From contig JASCQW010000150.1 of the NCBI GenBank assembly GCA_030264375.1, positions 22,091,319-22,155,318 of the forward strand: a stretch of DNA of 64,000 nucleotides, written 5' to 3'. The notes below the pieces were generated by a model. It was not told where the DNA came from. It saw only the letters and a program-made list of their open reading frames with translations, and searched no databases. Below, in pieces: positions 51,377-64,000 of this stretch (its first letter is position 1; each line of letters starts with the position of its first letter). The stretch comes from Carcharhinus longimanus. Its lineage: Eukaryota. Position numbers and translations under genes: made by a program.

Positions 51377-54371
51377 TGAACACATCAGAAGGTTGACCTA
51401 CTACGATTGACTTATTTTATCCATTTATTCTCATTTTCAAAAACAAATTAAATCATTCCAAAAACATCCCAGATGAATCACTGCAAAAAACAGCAATACA
51501 GAAATTGTTATTTCGTACTTTAGTCAAGTCATTTTGTTTGCATAACCTACATCGAAAAACAGATTGGTCTCCACTAAAAGTGATGGGAGTGGGAAACAAG
51601 GCTGATGAGCCACTGCAAAGGATATGGGGTGCAATTTTTCAATCCTTTTGTCAGTGTTGTCTCCAGCAGGAAAAGTGGAGAGCAGCCTGCCAGCTGTTTT
51701 GCCTGGCTTTCTCACCGTATTTTTAAACACTTTGCAAAAAAAGTGAAGAGGTAGATGCCAAGATATCATGCTGGTGGGGCCACTCCAGACAGAAAACCAT
51801 CTCTAATATCAAAAGGAATATCCCTAAAGACATAGGACACCCACCTGCTCAGGGATGCCCTCGCTCCCACCCCAACAAAGTCCCCTAGGCACTGCCCATT
51901 GGAAGTATCCATCGACAGTGCCAGAGCGTGACCCTCTCCCCCTCTGGGGGCTGTTCTTAGCTATGCGCCCCTGTAGGTTACATTCACCAGTTCTGTTTTC
52001 CAAAACCTTTCAGCAGGATTTGCAACATGAGGTGACATTACACTGTTCTGTGTGGGGGTTATATGTAAATATATTATAATGGGGTTACCTTCATGACAGG
52101 AACCCCCATTGCATCACTGGCAGGGGATGGGGCCAAGAGTGGAAATCCCACCGATGTGAAAGCCACTTTGTGACTCCGCCTTGAGTCTCCGCCCCTGCTG
52201 CCGTTCCCACTCACCAAGAACAGAGACAGAGAATCCCCCTCCCCCCTGCCATGGCCTCCTCCTCAATTAAAAACAGATATTGCCAGAAATATTCAGCAGG
52301 TCTAGCATTATCTGTGGAAAGAGAAACAGGAATAACATTTCAAGTAAATGGCCCTTGCGATTGAAGACTTATAGCATTCCCTGTTTTATTTTCAGATTTC
52401 CATTATCTGCAGTATTTTGCTTTCATATTAGTCACCTCCTCAAAACTGATAATCATTAGCTGAAGTACTTGCAGAATTTTAACAGCTTATGGGGAGAAGG
52501 GTTCAGATGTGAGGGTTAAAGTCATGAAAAATGGCATTGGTCAGGTACTCTACACAATTTTGCTCACTTTGGATTTTAATCCAGAAGGGCTTGCAGGTAA
52601 GTAGGGAGCAACCAGGGAGCTATTGGATAAAAGCAATTACCTGAGGTTTTAACCCAGCATTATGGCTTTAACAGCCAGTACCAAAACTTCTTCAGTGAAA
52701 CTGAAGATCAGAAAGGCTTCAAACAGTGAAGCTGAAGAGCTACATCCCTTTGCAGCTCAGAGGTCTGGTATTCACATCACTTCTTCCAATAGTGCAGTCC
52801 CACTGCACTACTGCATCACCATCATCAATCACCATTGATTCGTGATTCTCAAATTCTGGAAAGTTAAATTGCTTGTCTTGCACTCTACTCACCTTGGTCT
52901 TCACTTCTGTGTGCAGGGAAGCCTCCACCATGGCATGAGAGTAGCCTATGTAATTCCTCTACCTTATACACTTCTTATGAAAGACATGAAGTAGCAACAC
53001 CAGCAATAGCAGCTGCTACCTTCTTCTCAGCTACAAACTGCAGGTCAGATGGCTTGGTCAGAGGTTAAGCTTAGGTTTGCAGGGAGATGATCAGCATCAT
53101 TGTCTCAGGAGGGTCACACATTCATGCAAAGTCATTGCTGACATCTTCAGTCTCCTGAACAAGACCCCTTTCCCCATGATTGAGAGCGGCATATATTGCA
53201 CTGGATATCAAGATGACTATTACAGGAGAGCAACCCCTTCCCATTTCTCTGCCTCTCCCTGGAACTCTGCACTCTTCTCATGGAAGGAGAGAAAGCAGTG
53301 AATTGAGAGTGAAAGAAATAGATTGATTGATATAGAGAGAACATTTGTAGACGGTAAGTGTAGGTACAAGTGTGGGATACCAGAAGAATTGGGTACATAA
53401 GAATTTTGGTAATAAGCAAATGAAATTTTCATGAAAATATCTATACTAGGTTGGATTTGGCTATCAGTAAAAGGTTATGAAGTGGAGATTTTCTATACTT
53501 GTTAATTGGAAGATTATTCCCCGATGCAATAATAAGTGTTGCTATGAATGGATTAACCATATTTACAGAAGATTCAATCTCCTTTGTAACCACTAGTAAT
53601 TTTAAAACTCAAAGCTAATGCACTGTTAGTTAATAGAGTTATTAAATCTAAAATGCTTATGCTGTTGACATAGTGATCTGATGCTATAATGAACTGAAAC
53701 AAGGTTAAACATTTTAATGATAATGGGCCTTTTGACTTAGAAGTTTTAGGATTTTGCCACTGGTCATGTTAAGAGTCTCTCAAACTCAGTAAATTGCTAC
53801 CATAAATAAATTTTAACAAAGGAAAAAGGGGGCTGATAAGTACAAGGTTATTAAAGACTAAAGGTTAAAACATTATACTTATTGAGTATGTATCAATCTT
53901 TGGTCAAGCATAAGAACTGAAGATAAACAGTGCATGTCAAATTTGCAGCAATTTTACATAAGAGATCTCTACAATGAAATGACATTCTACACAATCTCAA
54001 GAAACTAGTTTTAATTCCAACTAAAAATTGATTAAAGAAAACATAGAAAATAGTTCTCAAAAACATAATTCAATTCCACCTTTGTTGACTATTAGTTGTG
54101 CACAAGAGCACAGTGCCAGTAAGACCAGAAGACACAGGAGCAGAATTAGGCCCATCAAGTCTGCTCCATCATTCAATCATGGCTGATATTTTTGTCACCC
54201 CCATTCTCCTGCATTTTTCCCATAACCACTGATCCCCTTAATAAGACCACAAGACATAAGAGCAGATTTTATCCGCTTCTCAATTGCAAGCATCTCCCAT
54301 TTTTTGCTCAGTTTTTTGAATGCCACCATCTTTCAGAATGCAGATATTTTTTCTTTGAAATGTATTTTCAC

Positions 54372-54502
54372 TGGGTGGCACAGTGGTGAACACTGCTGCC
54401 TCACAGCACCAGGGAAGTGGGCTAGATGCTCTTCAGGAGAATTGGTGCAGATTCAATGGGCTGAATAGCCTTCTTCTGCATTGTAGGAATTCTATTCTAT
54501 TT
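54372..54502 (+). mobile_element. Internally deleted HE1-like SINE
   Basis: tRNA-like head GTGGCACAGTGGTGAACACTGCTGCCTCACAGC joined to a CR1-type tail. Confidence 0.7.
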
Positions 54503-55361
54503 ATTATGACTGAGCAATTAAGGCATTAATTCAGCAGGGAACAAGATCCATATTCATAACATTTTAATTTTTTGCAAAACAAGTAGGTAGTGGAAGAATG
54601 CCAATTTGCCTGAGGAAATCATTCTTCCCTGCAACCTGGGCAATGGTCTGCTAATAGTGTTCCAGTGCACATGTGTGTGCTTTTGATTAGTCAAATAGAC
54701 AAATATGCTCTGGACCTTTGTGTGCAATTCCATTACTGTGTAGATGCCTATTAATACAAGCATGGCATTTTACCAATGACCTTGTGTTCAAATTTAGGAC
54801 CTGTAATGGGGAGATAAAGCACAACCACTAATTAAGACCACGAAATAATTTCTGTCTATGCATTAGATCACTGCATCCATAGTTGACATGTGAAGAGGAC
54901 AATCAGTAGAGCACCAGACTATTAACCCAACATTATTACAATTACATAGCTCTTCCTTGAGGATTTTCCCTGTCTGTTTATGCTTTGTAATTATAAAGCT
55001 GAAAAAAATAAATATTTTTATTAACAGTTTTGATCTCAATGAGGAGACTGCAGGTCAATCCACATGCAACAGCCTGTTCTGAAAACTGTGCTCACATTTT
55101 TCAACTGTGACAAATTGTACAACAGCATCCAAGACAACTCCCAACATTCTAAAACAACCCATAGCATTGAAAAAAGTTCATTCTCCCCATCTCCCTTTTA
55201 AAAATTCCAAACGTTCACCAAAAACAAAACACTTCTTTGGTCAACACCCTACCATATCCCTTCTGTATGTGAAGTTTTGTTGAAATCCATGTAAATTGTT
55301 TACGAGCAAATAGACAAGGGTGAAAACATTACTTCTGTCAACTCCAGTGACAGGGGTAAAG

Positions 55362-55595
55362 ATAATGTTAAAGTCGCTATAGTCCCAGATGACCACAGGC
55401 TGCTTTTCCCCTTTGAGGGGGAGGGCTGATTGGTGGTGATTTAACCTGAGGATCATCACACCTCAGGCGAGGGGCCTGGTTGAGAAGGCAGGTCTTCATG
55501 AACAACCTCAGCCAGTATGGGAACTGAACCCATGCTGTTGGCATCGCTTTGCATTACTAACCAGATATCCAGTCAATTGAGCTAAACCTACCCCC
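55362..55595 (-). mobile_element. tRNA-derived SINE (different family)
   Basis: Minus-strand A-box TAGCTCAATTG and B-box GGTTCAGTTCC, followed by a non-tRNA body. Confidence 0.7.
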
Positions 55596-56311
55596 AGGCA
55601 GGAGTAACTACTTATCAATTCACTCAGCAATTTAAAACAAGTCAGAATCCTAATATGCAGTTTAAAATTAATTCATTCATTTTCCAAATTTGTTATATTT
55701 TTGGCAAAAAGAACCCTGGTTGTATTGAATCATATATATTGAATCATATCAAGCAGGATTTTTCACATGCTGGGGTTTCCATCCAAAGAGCGCACGTGGA
55801 AAACATCCCTACCAATCACAGCTGTTCTGCGGCCATTTAAAGCTCAGCAAGGGGACAGGACCTCTATCTCACACATGGACAGAGGCCACACTTCAAGAGA
55901 GCTGCTTGCCAACCTGCACTGCTACTTTGTGATTTGTGTATTTGTACTTGCTGTGTACTCCAATGTCTCACATTTCAGTTACTCAACTGTTCGTGATGTT
56001 GTTGCCAGTTCATTGATTACTGAACGTAAGCTGCACTATTTATTGTAGCAAAGAGTTACAGTTCCATTGGATTACTTTTGTGCTATTTTGAGAGACCATG
56101 CAAAAAGCATGCTTGCTTAAAGCCACTTAACAGCACTTTTTGACCCATCTACATTTGTCACACAGTTTCGTACAACCTGAACTCATTTCTGCAATTTTGT
56201 CCAAGATTCATTGAGTTAATTCAATGCCCTTTCCCACAATTAAACTTCATTTTGCTTTAAATTCTACCAGTATATTATGAAATCATACATCCAGTTATGT
56301 CTTTTAGGTAT

Positions 56312-57152
56312 TGTGATAATACTGTGCCTTTGAGAAATGTATTTGTGTTATGTTTCTTGTGTAGGAGTTTGGTTTATCAGTTTGTTCTATTCACCTGGTG
56401 CCGTTTTGTCTATAACTGGCAGCCCACGTTGATAGTGCAGAAACAGAATCGATCTTAATTGCTAAAGTGTCTATTTTAATGTAGACTAAGGCAGTTGTTA
56501 TTTTAGAGTTTTTCCCTGAAGTTTTTCAGAGTAGGGCTTTACTAGGTTGATTGACAGGAAAATGGATGTTACTGGGCAGAGCTAGACTTAGAGGCTCAGT
56601 TGCTGCTCGAGATCTTCTGGGAGAAGTGGCTCTCTATGTGCCTCTGTCTCTCTCTGGAATTGGAGACTGGGACATGCCTGGAAATAAGTCTCTTTCTTTG
56701 ATGTTCTGCTGTTTGAAGATAGATCTTTCTCTGGAGACTGCTGTATGGGAGTCAAAAGACAGATGTCTTTCTATATCTCTGTCCAGAGGAGTTAAAAGGC
56801 TGGAAATGTAGTATTCACGTGAGCATATATGTTTCTGGTGCTGATTCTGAAGAAGGTCTTACATCTGTGGGAATTTTGTTTAAATTGGAATTATAGCAGT
56901 AGCTAGTTGTTAAGAAGTATACCTTTGTCATGTTTAAGTATTTTAATTGGTAGAAGTTATGCTAGTACTTTTTGTGATATTTTAGCTCTGTTGTTAAATG
57001 AAGTTGGCTTTAATAAAAACTTCCTATGGATTAATAGAATCATACCTGGAACAAAGCACCTTATGCTTGCACTGATGCCAAAATCAAAAGAAGTTGGTGT
57101 CTAGACTAACTTCATACTATACTTTGGAGTTTTTTTTATCTGATCCCTAACA
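56312..57152 (+). mobile_element. Solo LTR (841 bp) with a 4-bp target-site duplication
   Basis: Begins TGTGA and ends TAACA, flanked by GTAT at 56308-56311 and 57153-57156. AATAAA near 57012. Confidence 0.75.
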
Positions 57153-58256
57153 GTATTAATGCTATGTGATGGGTTACTTTTTTGTATCAAGTTTAAAAGC
57201 ACTGCCTATTTAACATAAAAAGAGTTTCTGTAGTTTGAGTTTAATTCTGATACAAGAAAACAAACATTCGCAAATATTAAAAACATTTAAACCAGTAATT
57301 TTCATATTTGCTAACTTGGATTTAGCCAATCAAACTGGCTGCTGCAACAAAAATGTTAAGTGAAAGGCAACTTTTGATCAATATCAGAATTTTAAAAACA
57401 AGGTAGTAATTTTAAAAATGTGGTGATATGGAATATTGAAGTTAGTTGAAAACAAAGACACCTGAAAAGTGATCTAAAAGTTATTAGCAATAAGATTGAA
57501 GTGGTCGCCATCATGGTAAATAAGTCAGTTATTGAAATTGTATTGTAATCTCTGATTTTCTTACCACCTCAAAAATATGATTTTATAACCTGATTTGAGA
57601 ATTTATGTAAAAAAAGTACAGCTTCATTTACAACTTGTCTATAATTCGCTGTTGAGGGTTTACAAAAGAAATCCAGCTTACAAATGTTGCATTCAAGACC
57701 AGAATGTACACAAAAAAAAGGGCAAGGAAAGATGGTTCAAAAAGCCTGTCCTATTCAATCATGGTGCATCCTATGTGACTCCACCACTCCCAACCTTGCA
57801 TTCCACAATCACCTGGGTCAGACAAAATAGAAAAAGTAATCTTGAACTCATTTAGGAAAAAAATAAGAAATTCTTTCCCAACCCCAAAAGACAAAATAGC
57901 CAGCTCCAGAAGACTGCAGTACTGCTGCTGACCCCGCAGTGTCCAGATGTTGATGATGGTGTTCAAAACTTAAAGGGTTAGAGGCAAACATCAAAATACG
58001 ATGCCACATTCTTATTGAAATAAATATGTAAACATTTTATTACAATTTATAGATTAAATTATATTGATTAATGTGAAAATTTAAAGAACAAGAAACTGGG
58101 TATAGAAACTTGTGTAAATTTATACACCTATTAAATATCAATACATATATAATTTTAGTCAACCTATACTGATAAATGTTATACAAGTTCAACTTTTGAT
58201 ATTATTTCATTGAAGCCATTGTAAGTCCACAAATACAGAAGAAACATTTAAGCGAG

Positions 58257-58262
58257 CATGCA
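58257..58262 (-). promoter_or_regulatory. TGCATG (RBFOX-type) intronic element downstream of the 126-nt exon
   Basis: CATGCA on + reads UGCAUG in the pre-mRNA, about 90 nt into the downstream intron. A single hexamer can occur by chance. Confidence 0.35.
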
Positions 58263-58350
58263 CACAACTACTAGACAAAAAGCCACAGCACATTTATAGA
58301 CCACAAATGTCTAGTGTACGAACAATGCAATAGATGCAGTTCAAACCCAC

Positions 58351-58476
58351 CTATCCGACAGATCTAGAGACTGCCTACTTTCAAGGGAATACTGACGACT
58401 GGTTAGCCTGCTAGAGTCTGACGCAGTCTCTAGGTCACTGCGTCCATTTGTGGCAGAATCTATGCTATCATAGCGT
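58351..58476 (-). CDS. UNC13A: Probable UNC13A cassette exon (RYDSIDSATNGRSDLETASDSSRLTSRQYSLESRQSLDLSD)
   Basis: Strong polypyrimidine tract TCTTCCTCTTTGTGCTTTCCACTTTCTCTGGTAG and donor AG|GTGGGT. 126 nt, phase 2-2, open in the required frame; AG+T regenerates the S of SPTGSSRY. CpG-retaining, coding-like composition in an AT-rich background. Confidence 0.72.
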
Positions 58477-60099
58477 CTACCAGAGAAAGTGGAAAGCACA
58501 AAGAGGAAGATGGTGAGGGAAAATTTAAAAATATCAAAAGGTTACTCTACACATTTTTTATTGCATACCCTACTGAGACAACTGTGCTTTTCTGGATCAG
58601 GATATAAAATTAAACTTAATATCCAGTGAAGCCAATGAGTTGGGCAAAAGAAAGGAAGTACTGGGGTACTGGGCACATTGAATCAATTAATTCAGTGTTC
58701 AGTTACCACAGTACTCTGCAGCAAACACATCACAAGAAGGACTTACAATACCCACAGATGCAGATCTGATTTCTCAGCCTTCCTGTTAGGAATGCTTAGC
58801 CAAATGTATTCAGCAAAGTTAACAATTTTGGTTATAGAGGGAAAATGTAAAAAAAACATAATGGTCCAATACCATGGCTAATCTTCAAGTTCAAACACCA
58901 CTTTAATTTATTTTTACCCACTGCATATTTAAAAANNNNNNNNNNNNNNNNNNNNNNNNNNNNNNNNNNNNNNNNNNNNNNNNNNNNNNNNNNNNNNNNN
59001 NNNNNNNNNNNNNNNNNNNNNNNNNNNNNNNNNNNATTTAAAAATACAGTAGTCTCAGAACATAGTAAGCAATAGTTCTTGCAATTTCTAATGCCCAACC
59101 TCATTCTTTAAGAACTTTTGATAGAAAGTCAAATTACATACACAGATTAAAAACATGACAGTCTGCTATATAGAGATTTGTTGCAATATTTCCAGTCTGA
59201 AATTGTAAATACAAAATCTTATTCCAACATATTCCAGTTAATGGGAACAGTTCTTTTAATGGGTATAATTACAGATATACAATTGAGTCACTATTCAAAA
59301 AGTGCCAAAAGGGATTGACAATCAAAACAGAATGATAGAGGTGTTCCCATTAAGGGGTTTGTTTCTGTATATCAATACTGTAACTATATAAACTGCAGAT
59401 ACTATTTTCCAGTACAGTACATATGCATGTGTTATCCTTTATAAAATACATTTTCCTGGTGTCTTGCATGCTTACAGATTTTATTCTCTATATATTTAAA
59501 TGGTTGCATATTCCCCAGACAGCTGCTAATGTTGGGGTGCAATGTAGTCATTTTATTTAAAATGAGCAAAGATGTTGCCCTTTTAAACACTTCCATGAAG
59601 TTATCTTCCCTACATTAACAGAAAAATTACTACATGCTGATCTTCCACAGAGACGATTAGCAATAACACTGTCTCCAGTGCAAAAAATTATGAAAGTCAT
59701 TAAATAATTTAATAACACATACATTATACATAATATCAAACAGCAGGGAGACACCTAAAGAAAAGGTTGCATTTTAGAATTTAAAGTGCATTCATAATCC
59801 CAGTGTGCACTATGAAAGTAATAATCTGCAGTATATTTTATACAATTTTTAATGTACACTCTTTACATGTACAATTATATCATTAGTTTATATCCCAAGT
59901 TACTTGCAGAACTAAAATAGTTAAAATGGTAAGCTTTCAATGTTGCCAAAATTGAAGTATTAAAACCAAAAAGAAGTAGCAGCACAAACATGAATGCACC
60001 AGGTAAATTTCTGTAATATTTCACACTGCAAGGACAATATTATTAAAAATATTTTTGAAATGCTTTTAATTTGGCCAAACAATTCGTGAATTAAAAAAT

Positions 60100-60572
60100 A
60101 AAAGAACATAAGATGTAGGAGCAGAAATAGACATTAGCTCTCAAGCCGGTTTTACAATTTAACAAAATCATGGCTGATCTTCTGCCTCTAATCGAATTTC
60201 CTGCCTGCTTCTCAAGTCCCCTTATCAGAGTTATAATCAATAATGGAAAACTCACAACACTGAGGTGCACAATTCCAAAGATTTGCAACCCTCTGAGAAA
60301 AGAAATTCATCTCTCAGTCTTAAATGATCGGCCAAACTCCAGAGAGTGCAGGCCCAATTTACTCAGCCTCCCATCATAAAAGAACCCACATCCCAGGAAT
60401 CTATATATAGAAACCTCCCTATATCACATCCAAAGGACATATATTCTTCCTTAGACATGAAAACTAAAACTGTATTCCAGTTGTGTTATCACCAAAGCCC
60501 ATACAATTCTGGCAAGACTTCCAATCCCTTTTCAGTAAGGCCCAACATGCCATTTGCATTCCTAATTGACTT
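60100..60572 (-). mobile_element. Antisense CR1 3' part, interrupted; resumes at about 62646-63190
   Basis: The sequence breaks at CCAACATGCCATTTGCATTCCTAATTG and continues as ...CTTGCTGCACTGCATGCTAA after 62646. Confidence 0.75.
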
Positions 60573-61105
60573 ACCTTCGTGGAACAAAGAGCACCAGACC
60601 TGCAAGAGACATGCTTCTGGAAGCGGAGAATAAAGGGAGCACGAGGCTCGGAGCCCTCATTTACCTTCAGGGAGCGGAGACTACTGGGCTCGAGAGGGAC
60701 ATCCTTCTGGGAACGGAAGATAAGGGGTGCGCAAAGCTCAGGGCCTTCAATTACCTTCAGGAAACAGAAAGCACTGAAACTGCAAGGGGCACTCTTCTGG
60801 GAATGGAGGATAAAGGGAGCATGAGGCTCGGGATCTTCATATACTTTCAGGGAGTGGAGAACACTGGACCTGCAAAGGATAGTCCTCTGGGAAAGGGGGA
60901 TAATGGGTGCGCAAGGCTCAGGGGCCTGCAAGGGGTACTCTTCTGGGAATAGGGAATAATGGGTGCGCAAGGCTCAGGAGCCTGCAAAGGATACTCTTCT
61001 GGGAATGGGGGATAATGGATGCGCAAAGCTCATGGGCTTGCGAGGGATACTCTTCTGGGAATGGGGGATAATGGGTACGTGAGGCTCAGGGCCCTGCAAG
61101 GGAGA
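60571..61105. repeat. Compound tandem repeat: 90-bp units followed by 56-bp units
   Basis: A CTGCAA anchor recurs at 60600, about 60690, 60780 and 60870 (period 90), then at 60926, 60982, 61038 and 61094 (period 56). Confidence 0.9.
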
Positions 61106-61564
61106 GCCGCCAAACAATGTATTACATTTGAAAATCTAAAAGTGATTTCACAGGAAAGTGGTAAGCTGATTGGTTGGTGATTAACTGATATCAGGGTTCA
61201 GCTTTAAATAACTGAAACTCAAACAGCTGGACAAGATAAGAGTTAAGGAACAAAACTAGGGGGATAAGGAGTTAAAAAAAAGTGAATCTAAGGTCAAAAC
61301 CAGGTGGCTAAAGGACTGTAAGAAAGAGTAGAGTGCAAGCTTACATCTCCTAAGGAAATCTAAATAGCCGTTTGTTTGAGTGAGTACAGTTGGGTAGATA
61401 CTTACTACTACTGCTGGTTAGAACTATTAAAATATTGTGATTCATTGTTTGTAAGAAATATATTCAATAGTAACAAAGAGCAGAGAAGAGCGTTGTTAGA
61501 TATTGTTTATATTAAAAGTATTAATTTAACCTGAAAGGGTAAGACATGACAGGAGGGCTCCAAG

Positions 61565-62645
61565 CTGAGGTGACTCTATAAATTGTGATAGGTGAATACT
61601 CAGCGAGATCTTGGTGTCCTCGCGCATCAGTCACTGAAAGTAAGCACGCAGGTACAGCAGGCAGCAAAAAAAGGCAAATGGTATGTTGGCCTTCACAGCA
61701 AGAGGATTCACAGGACTAATGATGCTTTACTGCAATTGTATAGTCCATTGGTGAGGCCACACCTGGAATACTGCGTGCAGTTTTGGTGTCCTTATCTGAG
61801 GAAGGACATTCTTTATTGCTATAGAGCAGGTGCAGTGAAGGTTTACCCAGGCTGATTCCTGGGATTGCAGATCTGTCATAAGAGGAGAGACTAAGTTGGT
61901 TAGGATTACATTCATTGGCGTTTAGAAGAGTGAGAAGGGATCTCATTGAAACCTGCAAAATTCTAACAGGGTTAGGCAGAGTAGATTCAGAAAGAACGTT
62001 CCTGATGGCTGTGGAGTTCAGAACTGAGGGTCATAGGTTGAGGAGAGGGGATTAGCCTTTTAGGACTGAAAAGAGGAGAAACGTCTTCACCCAGAGAGTG
62101 GTGAATCTGTGGAATTCACTACCACAACTTCATTACCAGGGCAGCACAGTGGTTAGCACAGCTGCCTCACAGCACCAGGGACCCAGGTTCAATTCCCAGT
62201 TTGGGTCCCTGTCTTATTAGTTTGCACATTCCCCCGTGTCTGCGTGGATTTCTCTGGATACTCTGGTTTCCTCCCATGGTCCAAAAGACATGCTTGTTAG
62301 GTGCACTACCCATGTTAAATTCGCTCTGTGTACCCGAACAGGCACCGAAGTGTGCCGCCTAGGGGATTTCCACAGTAACTTCATTGCAGTGTTAATGTAA
62401 CCTACTTGTGACTAATAATTAAATAAACTTTAACTTTACCACACAAAGTAGTTGAGGCCAAAACATTGTGTGATTTTAAAAAGGAATTAAGTATAGCTCT
62501 TGGGACTAAAGGTATCAATGGATATGGGGGGAAGGTGAAAACAAGTTATTGAACTTCATGATCAGCCATGATCATAATGAATGACTGAGCAGGCTTGAAG
62601 GACAAATGGCCTACTGCTGCTTCTATTTCTATTACTACTGTTTCT
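61565..62645 (+). mobile_element. CR1 LINE 3' portion with a nested SINE
   Basis: QRDLGVL...[21 protein letters not shown] in ORF 61592..61855; CR1 tail at about 62580-62645. Confidence 0.9.
62139..62436 (+). mobile_element. tRNA-derived SINE (V-SINE-like) inserted in CR1
   Basis: A-box GTGGTTAGC and B-box GGTTCAATTCC. Probable TSD TACCACA at 62120-62126 and 62437-62443. Confidence 0.88.
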
Positions 62646-63704
62646 ACTTAATCACTTGCTGCACTGCATGCTAATTTTCTGTCTCCTCTATATGGATACA
62701 CCCAAGTATTTCTGCATATCAACATTTAAGAGTTTCATGCCTTTTTAAAAATACTGTTTTTTCTATTCTTACTACAGACTGAATAGGATCACGCTTCCCC
62801 ACATTATACTCCATCTGCCATCATGGTGCCTACTTACTTACCCTGTACCTGTCTACAACTTCTTTGTATCCTCCTCGGAGATTACTTTCATATCTAATTT
62901 TATATTGACAGTGGACTTCAATATATTACTCGGTTTCCATCTAAGTCATTAACATAGCTTGTGATTAGTTGAAGNNNNNCACTAATCCTTGCTACACCAG
63001 TTAAAACCCACCAACTTCAAAATGCTGTTTATCCCAAGCTCTGTTTCCTGTACATTAATTTATCCATGCTAATGTATTATTCCCAACTCCATGAGCTCTT
63101 GTCATGCATACTAACATTTTGTGTGGCACCTTATCCAATTCCTTTTAGAAAATCAAGTACACTGCTTCTTTCAGTTCCTCTTTCCTTCGCCTAGTGTAGT
63201 AATTAAGCAGTTTTCCAGAGTAGCTTTAAGTGTCTGTTCTGACGTTATTTCTGTTCATTCCCTGTAGATGGATGTGTGCAGTGATGTTCAAATTTGCAGA
63301 AAGTACAATGAATAAAATTAACTTGAAAGTGAACTGTACATTGTTGGGTTTTTTTTAAGCTATTGATATTCCACCACATATAAAATACTTTTTAAATTCT
63401 TCGTTCAACCACGAAAAACATGATTCTAGGTATTCTAAAATTTTGAAAATCTCATGCATTTCCATGAAAAAAATTGAATTATCAAGCATAAATTTAATAA
63501 TACTGTCCTAATTGCATGCATTTAATGTAAGTAATCAATAACTTGACACAATACAATGAAAAACAAGAGAAACAAAAATACTCAAGAATGGCGAATATAA
63601 TGTTCAAGGGAAAAAACAAGTAGAGGTTGTAAAACAACATTTGCATCACTAAATCCAGATTAACTTACCTTTGGATTTAGTGCACGTTTGCTTTATCGAT
63701 TGTC

Positions 63705-63915
63705 GGAATAACCCATCTGGTTCACTAATGTCCTTTAGGGAAGAAAATCTGCCATCCTTACCTGCTCTGGCCTACATGTGACTCCAGAGCCACAGCAATG
63801 TGGTTGACTCTCAACTGCCCTCTGAAATGACCAGCATGCCATTCAGTTCAAAGGCAATTAGGGATGGGCAATAAATGCTAGCTAGCCAATGAAGCCCATG
63901 TCCCACAAATGAATT
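63705..63915 (+). mobile_element. SINE-like fragment sharing its 3' tail with the LINE at 17610-19585
   Basis: GGCAATTAGGGATGGGCAATAAATGCT...CCCATGTCCCACA matches 19518-19572. Confidence 0.7.
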
Positions 63916-64000
63916 TTTTAAAAAAACTTTATTAACTAATTCATATATCATTTTATTCCAGTTCATGCTAAAAGCAAGATCTCTGGAAATGAAAAATTAG

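Noticed and set aside
52893-52945. Exon-like segment with an AAG|GTGAGT donor
   Set aside because: The acceptor region is purine-rich and there is a TGA stop in the phase-2 frame needed to join the next exon.
55500-55595. tRNA gene
   Set aside because: A and B boxes are present, but there is no convincing cloverleaf and it continues into a repeat body, so it is a SINE head.
60464-60970. 168-aa ORF with 30-aa repeats, or a CRISPR-like array
   Set aside because: The open frames follow from the 90-bp period. The units are contiguous diverged tandem repeats without unique spacers, in vertebrate DNA.
63647-63700. Consensus donor AAG|GTAAGT in the loop of an 11-bp hairpin, with KRALNPK upstream
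   Set aside because: TAA stop in the required phase-2 frame, no credible acceptor, and a SINE immediately upstream. A non-coding exon cannot be fully excluded.

Overview
Eukaryotic, AT-rich, repeat-dense DNA with N gaps. The repeat content (CR1 LINEs, tRNA-derived V-SINE/HE1-like SINEs, Penelope-type ends) suggests a cartilaginous fish; this is an inference. The whole window lies inside one minus-strand gene, UNC13A (Munc13-1). I could splice ten GT-AG exons with matching phases, in transcript order: 58351-58476, 33910-34269, 30395-30482 (calmodulin-binding helix), 28482-28537, either 23624-23702 or 23364-23451, a 6-nt microexon at 4973-4978, 3489-3560, 2132-2351 (C1 domain) and 1349-1576 (C1-C2B linker). 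The gene continues beyond both window edges. Main findings: (1) a tandemly duplicated, apparently mutually exclusive IDSMPD exon pair, in which only one copy carries an RRKS (PKA-type) site; (2) an Ala-Met microexon; (3) an extra 126-nt symmetric exon; (4) intronic Penelope-type palindromes with minimal hammerhead ribozyme cores; (5) an inverted repeat pair bracketing a small exon. Comparisons with other species' proteins are from memory and need alignment. Repeat boundaries are approximate unless a target-site duplication (TSD) is given.
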